Part shown: positions 29,660-40,053 of the stretch, in pieces
How the letters are laid out: each line of letters begins with the position of its first letter
How positions within the stretch are numbered: position 1 is the stretch's first letter
Origin: Nitrosopumilus sp.
GTDB taxonomy: Archaea; Thermoproteota; Nitrososphaeria; Nitrososphaerales; Nitrosopumilaceae
Direction of reading: 5' to 3'
Assembly (NCBI GenBank): GCA_965205425.1
Contig: CBDBGZ010000009.1
Location: forward strand, 1,024,001 to 1,088,000
DNA: 64,000 nt
Notes under the pieces: model-generated
Databases searched by the model: none
Seen by the model: the letters and a program-made list of their open reading frames with translations, nothing else
Told to the model about the DNA's origin: nothing
Program-made: the position numbers and the translations under genes

Positions 29660-31324
29660 TTGCATCTTATACTGTTAGTTTTTGTAGTGCTGATTGTATT
29701 TTTTTCTGTGTTTTCAATTTTTGATGTGGATGCAAGATGTTCAGATAACTATCCGTGCAGAGGTTCTACACAAACTCCACTAGCAGTAGATTATTGGAAA
29801 CAGTCAGATACTGTAGTTCTCGGAAAAGTCATCTCAAAATTATATGGTTCTAATGCATTTGATAACTTTGATCATAACAATTACAAAAATCCCTGTAATT
29901 TAGATGATAAATCAAAATATGTAGAACCTTTCAAGGTACGAATAGAAGTTGAAAAAAGTTACAAGGGTATGGTATTTTTCAAGTATCTTGATGTTTATGG
30001 AACAAAAATAATTGATGAAAGACAATTCTCTAAAGGATATGTGATAAATCCTGAGATTGGAGAACAAGTTCTTTTGTATATGAATCATCATGAATCAATC
30101 CCTTTTGGCAGTTGTGATTTAAAAAATATCTACAAAGTACATTCCACACAAGGCTCTATTTGGAAATGGAATTTTGATGACTACAAACCAGATATTTATC
30201 CCGGAGATGTAAAAATCCCTCCATTTGAAGAACAGTTATTGCATTATGATGTATCTGATCATTATCAAAATTATACACACGTTAGTATTTTTAATTATGA
30301 AAGATTAGTTTGTCCATTGGGTGAAGAATTAATGTTCAAGAGTGTGAACCCTAACGATGTACCTTTTTGCATTAATTACAAGGATGCACCTAGACTAGAA
30401 CAAATAGGATTTGCATTTCGTGTACATGACTGGAATAGTTGGAATACGTTTGGTGAGAATTTTTATGATGAATCAAAAAAATATTCATATATCAAACCAT
30501 TTAATTTTCCAAAAGATCTTATAATGAAATATGATTCATACCCAATTAATGAAAAATTAAAAAAGATTTTATCAAAAATAACAATACGTTCAGATGAGAC
30601 AAAACAATTTGAAAAATTAAAAAATATAGATGACATGCAGATATCTTCTTTCAATTCATCTATTATGATAATGCCTGATGGTTTATTGCATGTACCATTA
30701 GATAATTATAAAGATCATAGGTTTTTTATAGATGAATTTTTTAATGAACAAAAACCTTTGTTTGGTTATGAAAAATATTTTCCTAAACAAATTCCATCAG
30801 GATATGAATTAAAGTTCATAAAGCCTGCCCAATATCTTTATGAAGATGTAATTGCAGTATATGCCCCAATTTCTGCGAACATTGAAACATCTGATAGTTT
30901 TACTGATATTTTTCAACAAAATGGAATAGTTTTTAGATTTACAGACGATGGTGACTATTTTGAACATCTTCAAAAACTTGATCAATTATGGGGTGATGCA
31001 TTTCCTGAAATCCCTTCACAGTATGGGGTTTCAGGAGTATATGACAAAGAATCAATTGGGTTTGATCCTGCCAGTACTCCGTGGCCAAATATGAAAATTG
31101 ATTATAATCCAAATACAGTTTATGTTGAATTTCCAAATAAAATCATGGTAAAAATAGAATCATTTGGAGTGGATACCTTTGCTCTGATGGATATGATGAA
31201 CATCGATAATTCATTCAAAGTGAATTTACATGATACAATCTCGTTACAGGACAATTCTAAAGCATTGGTTTTAGATGGTATAGCGACGATCAAAAGTTCG
31301 CAAACATCTTTGCAGGATTTCTAA
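29660..31324 (+). CDS. Secreted protein with TIMP/NTR-like N-terminal motif; 3' end replaced by IS630
   Basis: Signal peptide; C...DYWKQSDTVVLGKVIS; codons after 31279 are IS sequence. Confidence 0.6.
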   Translation: MHLILLVFVVLIVFFSVFSIFDVDARCSDNYPCRGSTQTPLAVDYWKQSDTVVLGKVISKLYGSNAFDNFDHNNYKNPCNLDDKSKYVEPFKVRIEVEKSYKGMVFFKYLDVYGTKIIDERQFSKGYVINPEIGEQVLLYMNHHESIPFGSCDLKNIYKVHSTQGSIWKWNFDDYKPDIYPGDVKIPPFEEQLLHYDVSDHYQNYTHVSIFNYERLVCPLGEELMFKSVNPNDVPFCINYKDAPRLEQIGFAFRVHDWNSWNTFGENFYDESKKYSYIKPFNFPKDLIMKYDSYPINEKLKKILSKITIRSDETKQFEKLKNIDDMQISSFNSSIMIMPDGLLHVPLDNYKDHRFFIDEFFNEQKPLFGYEKYFPKQIPSGYELKFIKPAQYLYEDVIAVYAPISANIETSDSFTDIFQQNGIVFRFTDDGDYFEHLQKLDQLWGDAFPEIPSQYGVSGVYDKESIGFDPASTPWPNMKIDYNPNTVYVEFPNKIMVKIESFGVDTFALMDMMNIDNSFKVNLHDTISLQDNSKALVLDGIATIKSSQTSLQDF

Positions 31325-32365
31325 AGATATAATTTGCAACATCAAGCTTGAATTTTGTCACTCTGAAATATTCGGACACTGCCTTGTTCATCATTGTAAA
31401 CATTGCATAATACTCTGAAACCAACAATGCATATTTGCTTATCTTCCAGCACTGCTCTATCATGTTCAAGTATGGTGATCCCTTTGGCAACCAGATTAAT
31501 TTGACATCTCTATTATTTGCAAGGTATTTCTTTACCTTCTTTGATTTGTGAACTGATGCTCTATCTAAAATGATTACAATCTTGCCGTATTTCTGATGCA
31601 ATTCCTTTAGGTACTCTACAAATGTCACAGCGTTGAATTTGTCATAAACTCTGAATAGTTGATTACCATTTTCTGTAATTGTACCATACACTGCCAGACT
31701 CTCATGTCGTCCTGTATATGGAAGAAATATTCTCTTTGCAACTGGTGACCAGTACTTTTTTCCTGTTTTTGTATCCCTTACAAAGAATGCTTCATCAGCC
31801 ATTGCAATTACAAATCCTTTCTTTTTTAGGCGTGAAATTCTCTTTTTGGTGCGTTGCTGCCAGCTTCTCACAGCAGATATACTTGCATGGTTGATGTGAT
31901 ATTTTTGTGCAGTTTTTGCAGACATGCCGTATTGGTGCATTATCTTTCTGATGTGGGTTATGTGAAATTTTACTCCAGTGGAATAAAAGATACTTTGTTG
32001 CAACATTATGGGGGTAAACAAAGTTAGCATTGCTTTTGACATGATAGCATCCATTCGAGTCTGGGAGATTGTTCTTGGCCTGCCACTTCTTGGGTGGTCG
32101 TAGAGGCCATCTATCTCAAAACGACTCGTCCATTTTCTCACCCAGCTTGTGCAGTGGTGTAATGTCTTTGCAGTGCACTGTATGTCCTTTCCATCCTTTA
32201 GAATCATCAACACTGCAAGCATCCTTACTGCAACCTTGGAGTTTTCTTTTTTGTATGCTGCTTTCAAGTGATTCTAACTTGTTCATCAAATTTTACCATA
32301 CATAGTGATCAAAAAGTTTTTTGTTTTGGAATTATTTAGTTCACGAACTTTATCTTTTCGCTATA
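31279..32365 (-). mobile_element. IS630-family insertion sequence
   Basis: Ends TATAGCGACGATCAAAAGTTCG and CGAACTTTATCTTTTCGCTATA; TA termini. Confidence 0.9.
31290..32267 (-). CDS. IS630 transposase (single ORF)
   Basis: PRSGRP HTH region; MADEA, LDRASVH, GSPYLNMIE. Confidence 0.92.
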   Translation of the reverse strand: MKAAYKKENSKVAVRMLAVLMILKDGKDIQCTAKTLHHCTSWVRKWTSRFEIDGLYDHPRSGRPRTISQTRMDAIMSKAMLTLFTPIMLQQSIFYSTGVKFHITHIRKIMHQYGMSAKTAQKYHINHASISAVRSWQQRTKKRISRLKKKGFVIAMADEAFFVRDTKTGKKYWSPVAKRIFLPYTGRHESLAVYGTITENGNQLFRVYDKFNAVTFVEYLKELHQKYGKIVIILDRASVHKSKKVKKYLANNRDVKLIWLPKGSPYLNMIEQCWKISKYALLVSEYYAMFTMMNKAVSEYFRVTKFKLDVANYIFRNPAKMFANF

Positions 32366-32545
32366 TATTCTATTTTTGGTGTTTCTCGGTTTTGTTCTCA
32401 ACATATAGTCACAGCATGGGCAATGCTTGCCATCCCACCATATGAAAATCTCACATGTGGAGCAGTGCTTTTGTCCCATTGTATAGCGATTAATTCCATG
32501 AACTCTTTTTGCCTTGTGGGATTCACAGGTTCCTTTGCAGACCAT
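32336..32545 (-). CDS. Small Cys-rich protein, C-terminus cut by IS630
   Basis: MVCKGTC...GQKHCSTCEIFIWWDGKHCPCCDYMLRTKPR; the final YSEKIKFVN comes from the TIR. Confidence 0.7.
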   Translation of the reverse strand: MVCKGTCESHKAKRVHGINRYTMGQKHCSTCEIFIWWDGKHCPCCDYMLRTKPRNTKNRIYSEKIKFVN

Positions 32546-32676
32546 GTGGAATTGTACCTGAAAATACAATTTATGAATCTTGAACAATCTTGAATTTAGA
32601 ATAGTGTAGAAAATCAGCATAAGTCGAGTAATATGCTATCCTAGGTTTAAATAAAGTAGACTGACTTTTTGACGCA

Positions 32677-33789
32677 ATGGTTGGAATAGATCAAGTTCTT
32701 GAAAAACTTAGTACTGTAATTGATCCTGATTTGAAAAAAGATATCGTATCAATGGGTATGATTAAAGATTTAGAACTAAATGATGGTAATCTCAAATTTA
32801 CTTTAGAATTAACAACACCTGCATGTCCTTTCAATGTGGAAATTGAAGACGATGTTAGAAAAGCAGTTGCTGAACTTTCTGACTTGAAGAATTTTGATTT
32901 GAATGTAACTGCCAAAGTCATGGAAGGTCGTTCACTTGATGATGACACTGGAATGAAAACTGTCAAAAACATAATTGGTGTTGCAAGTGGAAAAGGTGGA
33001 GTTGGAAAATCAACTGTTTCATTAAACTTAGCTTTGGCATTATCTCAATCTGGAGCCAAAGTTGGTTTACTTGATGCAGATATCTATGGACCTAGTATTC
33101 CATTAATGCTTGGAATGAAAGATGGTTTTATGGAAGTTGAAGATAATAAATTACAGCCTGCAGATTCAAACGGATTAAAAGTTGTATCATTTGGATTTTT
33201 TGCAGATCAATCAAATCAAGCAGCAATTTATCGTGGTCCAATCATATCTGGAATTTTAAAACAATTCCTTGTCGATACAAATTGGTCTGAATTAGATTAC
33301 TTGATTGTAGATTTACCTCCTGGAACTGGTGATATCCCATTAACTCTTGCACAAACTATTCCAATTACGGGAATCCTTGTAGTTACTACACCACAAGATG
33401 TTGCAAGTGATGTTGCAGTTAAAGCAGTTTCAATGTTTGAAAAACTAAATGTTCCAATTATTGGAGTTGTTGAAAATATGAGTCATTTTATTTGTCCAAA
33501 TTGTGATGATAAACACTACATCTTTGGTGAAGGTGGCGCAAAGAAAATCAGTGAACAATTTAACATGCCTTTCTTAGGTGAAGTTCCATTAAATTCTGGA
33601 ATTATGGAAGGTTCTGATTTAGGCAAACCAATTATGATTACAAATCCTGATTCTCCAAGTGCAGAAGCATTTAGAGTTAGTGCAAAAAATATTGCAGCAC
33701 AATGTAGTATTATTGCAGCCAAGCTTCAAGAAGAACTGGAATCTGAAAGTTCTGGTAAAGAACCAACCCCTGAGGCAAGTACAAACTAA
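32677..33789 (+). CDS. apbC: Mrp/NBP35 Fe-S cluster carrier ATPase
   Basis: TPACP, SGKGGVGKST, DLPPGTGD, ENMS...CPNC. Confidence 0.93.
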   Translation: MVGIDQVLEKLSTVIDPDLKKDIVSMGMIKDLELNDGNLKFTLELTTPACPFNVEIEDDVRKAVAELSDLKNFDLNVTAKVMEGRSLDDDTGMKTVKNIIGVASGKGGVGKSTVSLNLALALSQSGAKVGLLDADIYGPSIPLMLGMKDGFMEVEDNKLQPADSNGLKVVSFGFFADQSNQAAIYRGPIISGILKQFLVDTNWSELDYLIVDLPPGTGDIPLTLAQTIPITGILVVTTPQDVASDVAVKAVSMFEKLNVPIIGVVENMSHFICPNCDDKHYIFGEGGAKKISEQFNMPFLGEVPLNSGIMEGSDLGKPIMITNPDSPSAEAFRVSAKNIAAQCSIIAAKLQEELESESSGKEPTPEASTN

Positions 33790-33800
33790 TTTCGATTCCT

Positions 33801-34295
33801 GTGAAATTACCTGAATCTCTTAGAGACCAAATGAAAATTCCTCTAGGGGTGCTTTTACCTGAAAACCATACTCAAAAAAGTGAAATTCAAAAACATCTCT
33901 CAGAAAATTCGTATCTAATTGCTGTTGGTGATAGAACTACTGAAAAAATGATAAATTTTGATTTAATTCCATCATTGCAAATTATTGACGGTCAAGAGAA
34001 ACGAGAAAAAAGAGACCCTCCAAAGTTAGAAAATGCAATTGAATTGACTGTTGATAACCCTGCAGCTGAAATCACTTCTCAAAGTATTTCTGTAATCCAA
34101 AAAGCATTTACCATGAATTCCCCAGTAAGGATTTTTGTAAATGGGGAGGAAGATCTTTTAGTTCTTCCAGTATGTGTCCATGCTCCTGAAAATTCTGTTG
34201 TCATGTATGGTCAGCCAAATGAAGGATTGGTAATAGTCAATATTACTACCGAAATTAGAAATAAAGCACAAAGCCTACTTGATTTAATGGAATAA
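33801..34295 (+). CDS. GTP-dependent dephospho-CoA kinase (DUF359)
   Basis: VGDRT, NPAAEI, GEEDL, YGQPNEG. Confidence 0.88.
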   Translation: MKLPESLRDQMKIPLGVLLPENHTQKSEIQKHLSENSYLIAVGDRTTEKMINFDLIPSLQIIDGQEKREKRDPPKLENAIELTVDNPAAEITSQSISVIQKAFTMNSPVRIFVNGEEDLLVLPVCVHAPENSVVMYGQPNEGLVIVNITTEIRNKAQSLLDLME

Positions 34296-34297
34296 TT

Positions 34298-34355
34298 GGG
34301 GTGTGATGAGACGGTGGCTGTATGATTGATGATTACTCCACATAACCTCTGACCC
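34298..34355 (+). ncRNA. C/D box methylation guide sRNA
   Basis: GGG...CCC terminal stem; C GTGATGA 34303; D' ATGA 34322; C' TGATGA 34327; D CTGA 34349. Confidence 0.8.
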
Positions 34356-35071
34356 TATTAATTCATAATTTACCAATTAAAATACACCAAATTTCATACA
34401 AGAATTGACATTTCAAGATTGCCACATATCATTTGTATTCATAAAACTAAATGCATTTTTTATAAATCAAAAACAATTTCTGTAGAATTATTTATTTTTA
34501 TTATTTTCTGTTGAGAGTACAAATCTGCCAAAATCTGTAATTCTGTATGTTCTTATTGCTCTATCTCTTTCCAACTTGATTAATCCATCCTTTTCTAAAC
34601 TTCGTAATGTTTTTTCAACAAATATCATGGGCAAGTCTTCTTTTTTAAAATGACTTATAGCTGCACCTTTTTCAAATTTACTTATTTTCTTTAAAAATTC
34701 TACTTCTCTGTCTGTAGGACTTACAGCTGCTGCCGTTTTTATTGTTGGAGCTGTAGTATATGATATCGATGGACGCATTTTTGATGCTAAATCTTCTCTA
34801 AGATCTTTAATTTCCGATTTCAAATCTTGAATTTCAAAAATTGATCTTTCTTCACCTGTAACTTTTTTGTCTGAATCTAATTGGAATGATTTCAAAAATT
34901 CTGATAATATTGAACTTGATGCCTGATCTGGTTCTTTTTGAGCATTTATGATTAGTTTTTCAATTAAGGTAATGCCTTTTTGCCAAATTTCTGGATCTGT
35001 CATATCTATTGAAACACATCGTATGTCTTGAATATCAAAAGGAGGTTTTTGTGATGGTTCTTTTATAATTA

Positions 35072-35298
35072 GGTGATTGTAAACCTATTACCACCAACTA
35101 TTTTTGAGTAATTATTGGAAAAAACAATCAACATAATTGAGTTATCTAAAATAATTCACAACAAATCAACTGCATTGGAATTTCTCTGCAACCAATTCAA
35201 AAAGAAAAACACAATTCATTGTTCATCATGTAACTCTGAGAATTACTATATTATTTCAAGAGGGAAACTAAGATGCAAAGATTGCAAGACAGATTATA
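35072..35298 (+). mobile_element. Truncated IS1595 left end
   Basis: Matches 39144-39370; ends at the MITE. Confidence 0.9.
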
Positions 35299-35431
35299 TA
35301 GCGAGAAGCATATGTTCATGAACTATTTTCAAGGTGTTTCAGATTGTTTATTCGTATTTACCTTAGGTAAAATCATCTAATCTCTAGTTTTTTGATGATT
35401 TTTAGTTCACGAACTTTATCTTTTCGCTATA
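35297..35431 (-). mobile_element. 135-bp IS630-type MITE, copy 2
   Basis: Reverse complement of 29456-29590. Confidence 0.92.
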
Positions 35432-35809
35432 GAACACATTTGGATTGTTTCCAGTAATGTCTGCAATTACTAAAGGTGAGTCAATTAAACGAAGAACAAT
35501 TTTTTTAGATATGGATCCTGGGCTATCTTCATCATCTGCCCTAATTGGAATATATCCTAATTTTTCAAGTATTGGGGTAAAAACAAATTTTAATTTCCTG
35601 TCTGCATCTGTTCTTTCTTCAGAACCTTCTGAACCAATACGTGATATTATAAAACAAATTTTTTCTTCAGACATGTTTGAAACACTTCTAACTTCTTAAA
35701 ATATGATCCTAAGACTAACTTGAAGTTCAATTAGGATAAAACAAGTTATTCCTTTTAATTAAATAACAAAGGTAATGAGTTTAAATTTTGATAAATTATT
35801 AGTTGAAAT

Positions 35810-36370
35810 ATGGTATATGTAGGATCTTTTAAAGAACATGATGATAAACATCTAGACGTTCAATCTGCTTCTGAATTAAAACAATTCATTGTTATGCGAC
35901 AAATGTTTGTTATTTTACAATTCTATCTAATGGATAAATTAGATAGAGAAAAGGTATATGAGAATATCAATGGAATGGAAATTCAATTTTATGGTCAACG
36001 TGTAAAATTGACTTTTTTTGATGATGAGATGGACCTGTATTTTGGTAGTTTAGAATGGGCTGCGTTAAGTCATTACACTGTTAATATTTTTGAAGGCATC
36101 AAACGTTATTATAAAATGAGTGGTCAATGGGATAAATTTCAAAAAGAATCTTATTTTACATATTTTTATGTTGTAAGAAATAGCTTTTCCCATGATTCAC
36201 GTTGGAATTTTGGTAAAATCAAATCTGATAAATTTCCACTCTCTTACGAAAAATCTAAAATTTTCTATAATGAAGAAAAACAACCAATGACATCTCAAGG
36301 ATTTAGTTTAGAAAGCTTTTGGAATCTTACAAATGAAATATTGTCTTTTGTTGATCAGAAATTCAAATAA
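35810..36370 (+). CDS. HEPN-like protein
   Basis: Helical protein with an RNSFSH (RxxxxH) motif. Confidence 0.55.
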   Translation: MVYVGSFKEHDDKHLDVQSASELKQFIVMRQMFVILQFYLMDKLDREKVYENINGMEIQFYGQRVKLTFFDDEMDLYFGSLEWAALSHYTVNIFEGIKRYYKMSGQWDKFQKESYFTYFYVVRNSFSHDSRWNFGKIKSDKFPLSYEKSKIFYNEEKQPMTSQGFSLESFWNLTNEILSFVDQKFK

Positions 36371-36561
36371 TACTGTATTCCATTTATTCTATCTTCTTTA
36401 ACAATATGCGTTTTTTCTGAAACGCAAATTTTGACCTTTTCAGAATCATACTAAATGAAAATCCTCAATTTTAGTCATAAAATACATGTCAAATGCGTTT
36501 AATTTTATCTATACAACATATTGACATGTCAAGATAAACGCAAATTTCAGAACTAAAAAGT

Positions 36562-36939
36562 ATGAAATTAGATCCTGATCTCACATTACAAATTTTAGAA
36601 AAAGTTGGAATTTACTCTAATCGTTTCTCAATTTCAGAACCTCAGATGCTCTTAACCACCAAAGAAGTCTTAGATGCTCCAAAAGAAATGACTGAAGGAA
36701 GACGTACATCTGCCTACAAGTATTATGGAGTTTCATATCTTCTACATAATCTTGTTTTCATAAATGTACGAAAAATACCTGATGAAAAAACTCTGGAGAA
36801 TACCATAGTTCATGAATTGATCCACATGAGATTTCCATATCTTGCCCATGGGAAAAGATTCAACAAATTGGTGAGGCAAGGACTAAGAGGAAAAACATTT
36901 CCGCCATATAGAAAAAGAAGCAAGATCTCTGCTATTTGA
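36562..36939 (+). CDS. Small zincin metalloprotease (SprT/YgjP-like)
   Basis: IVHELIH...HGKRF. Confidence 0.75.
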   Translation: MKLDPDLTLQILEKVGIYSNRFSISEPQMLLTTKEVLDAPKEMTEGRRTSAYKYYGVSYLLHNLVFINVRKIPDEKTLENTIVHELIHMRFPYLAHGKRFNKLVRQGLRGKTFPPYRKRSKISAI

Positions 36940-36975
36940 TTTATATTTCCCAGAATTGGGCAAGCAAAGTATCTT

Positions 36976-39015
36976 ATGGAAATTTCAGAAATTCTGCCAT
37001 TTATTGCAGCAATTGCGTCATTTTTAGTCGCTGGTGGATTGGTATTTTGGATTACAAAACAACCTTCTGGAACCAAAGAAATGATGGATATCTCAAATGC
37101 CGTCAAAGAAGGGGCTGCAGCATTTCTAAAACGAGAAATGATGATTATCGTTCCAGTAGCAATCGCATTAACATTGATTATTGGCATTTTCTTGACTCCG
37201 TCAAACGGAATTGCATTTGCAGTAGGTGCAGCATTGTCTGCAGTAGCAGGGATTATTTCGTTAAAAATTACAGTAAAAGCAGCAGTTAGGGCTGCAAACC
37301 TCAGTAGTGAAGGTCTAGGAAAGACATTTGCTATGGCATTTAGAGGTGGAGCCACTGTGGGACTAGCAGTTCCAGCAATGGCACTAGTTGCAATTACTGG
37401 TCTTTATCTAATTTATCCAGACCCAATCACAATTGCCGGAGTCGGAATTGGAGCAAGTCTAATTGCATTATTTATCAGAATTGGCGGCGGTATCTTTACA
37501 AAAGCAGCAGACATGGGGGCTGACTTGGTGGGTAAAGTCGAGGTAAACATTCCAGAAGATGACCCTAGAAACCCTGCAACAATTGCAGACAATGTTGGTG
37601 ACAACGTTGGAGATGCAGCAGGAATGGGTTCTGATGTTTACGAATCATATATTGTTACAATACTTGCAGCATTACTAATTGCAGCATTAATCGGTGCACC
37701 AAACTTTTTCTTGTATCCAATATTGATTGGTTCATCTGGAATGATTGCATCCATTATTGGTGTTGTCATTGTTGGTTCAAAAGGAATTACAGATGTTATG
37801 AAGCCGCTTAATCGTTCGTTTTATGTTTCAGCTGCAATTGCAATTGGATTGAATTATGTGTTCATTACTCAGTTTATCGGAGATTCTGCAACATCATATG
37901 CTCTCTTTGGTTCAACTGTTATTGGTGTCATTCTTGTTCCAGTTATTCAGAAAATTACAGATTTCTATACTAGTTACAAAAAAGGACCTGTAAAAGAAAT
38001 TGCAGACTCTGCAAAATGGGGATATGCATCATTAACTTTAATGGGAATTATCAAAGGCATGCAATCTACTGGACCATTCATGATTGCACTAGTTGTTGCA
38101 ATTATAGTATCTTACAGTATCGCAGCTGGTGCTGCACCTGAAGGTTCAGACCCAGTACTTTATGGTATATTTGGAACTGCTTTAACTGCAATGGCAATGT
38201 TGAGTTTGGCAGGAATTGTTCTTAGTATCGATGCATTTGGTCCAATTGCTGATAATGCAGGTGGAATTGTTGAAATGACTGGAATGGGAGAAGAAAACCG
38301 TAAAGTCACTGATGAAATTGATGCAGTTGGAAATACTACAAAGGCTGTTACAAAGGGCTTTGCAATAGCAAGTGCTGCTTTAGCTGCCTTGGCAATGATT
38401 CAAGCATTTCAATTTGAGGCTGCTCATGTTTTCGCTGGTGTTTTAGAATTAGATTATAGTTTGACTAATCCTGCAATTATTGTTGGATTGCTAATCGGTG
38501 GCTTAATACCATTTATCATTACAGGTCAACTAATCAATGGTGTTTCAAGAGCCGCAGGAAAAATGGTTGATGAAGTTAGAAGACAATTCAAAGCAGACTC
38601 TGGTATTCTTGAAGGAAAATCAAAACCTGATTATGCTAAATGTGTAGACATTGCAACTGTTGCATCAATTAAAGAACTATGGAAACCAGCTCTTGTCGCA
38701 ATTGTTTCTCCAATTATTTTGGGAATTTTACTAGGTCCAACTGCAGTAGCAGGATTGTTAATGGGCGCAGTTGTAACTGGAATTTTACTAGCATACCACT
38801 TGGCAAATACTGGTGGTGCATGGGATAATGCAAAGAAACTAGTTGAGATGGAAGGAGAGAAAGGTTCTGAAATCCACAAAGTTGCAGTAGTAGGTGATAT
38901 TATTGGTGATCCTTACAAAGACACTGCAGGTCCAGCATTAAACACTGTCATTAAACTACTAAACACAATTGCAATCGTGTTTGTATCAGCATTTGTAGCA
39001 ATACTTGCAATCTAA
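36976..39015 (+). CDS. hppA: Membrane-bound H+-translocating pyrophosphatase, K+-independent type
   Basis: DMGADLVGKVE, DNVGDNVGD, GNTTKA (Lys variant). Confidence 0.95.
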   Translation: MEISEILPFIAAIASFLVAGGLVFWITKQPSGTKEMMDISNAVKEGAAAFLKREMMIIVPVAIALTLIIGIFLTPSNGIAFAVGAALSAVAGIISLKITVKAAVRAANLSSEGLGKTFAMAFRGGATVGLAVPAMALVAITGLYLIYPDPITIAGVGIGASLIALFIRIGGGIFTKAADMGADLVGKVEVNIPEDDPRNPATIADNVGDNVGDAAGMGSDVYESYIVTILAALLIAALIGAPNFFLYPILIGSSGMIASIIGVVIVGSKGITDVMKPLNRSFYVSAAIAIGLNYVFITQFIGDSATSYALFGSTVIGVILVPVIQKITDFYTSYKKGPVKEIADSAKWGYASLTLMGIIKGMQSTGPFMIALVVAIIVSYSIAAGAAPEGSDPVLYGIFGTALTAMAMLSLAGIVLSIDAFGPIADNAGGIVEMTGMGEENRKVTDEIDAVGNTTKAVTKGFAIASAALAALAMIQAFQFEAAHVFAGVLELDYSLTNPAIIVGLLIGGLIPFIITGQLINGVSRAAGKMVDEVRRQFKADSGILEGKSKPDYAKCVDIATVASIKELWKPALVAIVSPIILGILLGPTAVAGLLMGAVVTGILLAYHLANTGGAWDNAKKLVEMEGEKGSEIHKVAVVGDIIGDPYKDTAGPALNTVIKLLNTIAIVFVSAFVAILAI

Positions 39016-39143
39016 TCAATAAGATTAGATATTTGGTTTTATCAGATTAGTTCAGCATCTTACATTTTTGTTATGCCTAATCCCAGAATAGAACGCTTTA
39101 TGACTATCTGAAATGGAGAAAAAGAAAATGAACAATAAATTAA

Positions 39144-40053
39144 GGTGATTGTAAACCTATTACCACCAACTATTTTTGAGTAATTATTGGAAAAAACAAT
39201 CAACATAATTGAGTTATCTAAAATAATTCACAACAAATCAACTGCATTGGAATTTCTCTGCAACCAATTCAAAAAGAAAAACACAATTCATTGTTCATCA
39301 TGTAACTCTGAGAATTACTATATTATTTCAAGAGGGAAACTAAGATGCAAAGATTGCAAGACAGATTATAGACCGTTTGCTGGAACATGGTTTGATATCA
39401 TCAACATTAATTTTACAAAATGGTTGGCCCTAGTCAAACTATTTGATATTGGGATTAGTGCAAGACGTGCAGTTAGAGAAGCAGATGTCAGTTATCCAAC
39501 TTGCACTAAATGCTTTTGATTGCATCAGATATTCAATACTGTATCACCTGGCAGAATCAGACAAGAAACTAAAAGGGAAAATTGAGGCTGACGAGGCGAC
39601 TATTTTGGAGGAAAAAGAAAGGGAAATCGTGGCAGAGGTGCCAAGAACAAGACCATCGTATTTGGCATACTGGAAAGAAAGGGAAAAGTTCACGTTGAGA
39701 TTGTAAACAATGTCAAAGCTAAAACTCTTCTTGCAAGCACCATCAAGAAAGTAAAGAAAGGAAGTATTGTGTATACGGACAAGTGGAGAGGATATGATTC
39801 GCTAGTTTTCAACGGCTACAAACATCTCTCAATAGACCACAGCAAAATGTTTGGGAGTGGTGATGTGTACATTAATGGTATTGAAGGGTTTTGGAGTTTT
39901 GCAAAAGAGAACATGGCAAAGCATCATGGTGTTAGTCCAGGAAAGTTTCTGTTGTATATCAAGGAAATGGAGTGGAGATACAACAACAGAGATGGAAGAT
40001 ACTTTCTCATTATTGTTAGATTATGTGTTGGTGGTGAATAATTGATAATCACC
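39144..40053 (+). mobile_element. IS1595-family element
   Basis: Imperfect TIR GGTGATT...CACCAAC / GTTGGTG...AATCACC; no TSD. Confidence 0.88.
39187..40041 (+). pseudogene. IS1595 (ISXO2-like) transposase with several frameshifts
   Basis: Zn ribbon, EADE, YFGGKRKGNRGRG, YTDKWRGY and NGIEGFWS spread over different frames. Confidence 0.85.

Larger units (their letters stand above)
34488..35674 (-). pseudogene. Nucleoside deoxyribosyltransferase-like protein with C-terminal wHTH-like region, disrupted
   Basis: CFIIS...IRADD...ADITGNNPNVFY at the 5' end; PPFDIQDIRCV in frame with ORF 34488-35003; an IS1595 fragment and a MITE lie between. Confidence 0.75.

Noticed and set aside
36810..37355. 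181-aa minus-strand ORF and similar antisense ORFs inside core genes
   Set aside because: Shadows of well-supported genes (hppA, rad50, herA, top6B, DUF373)
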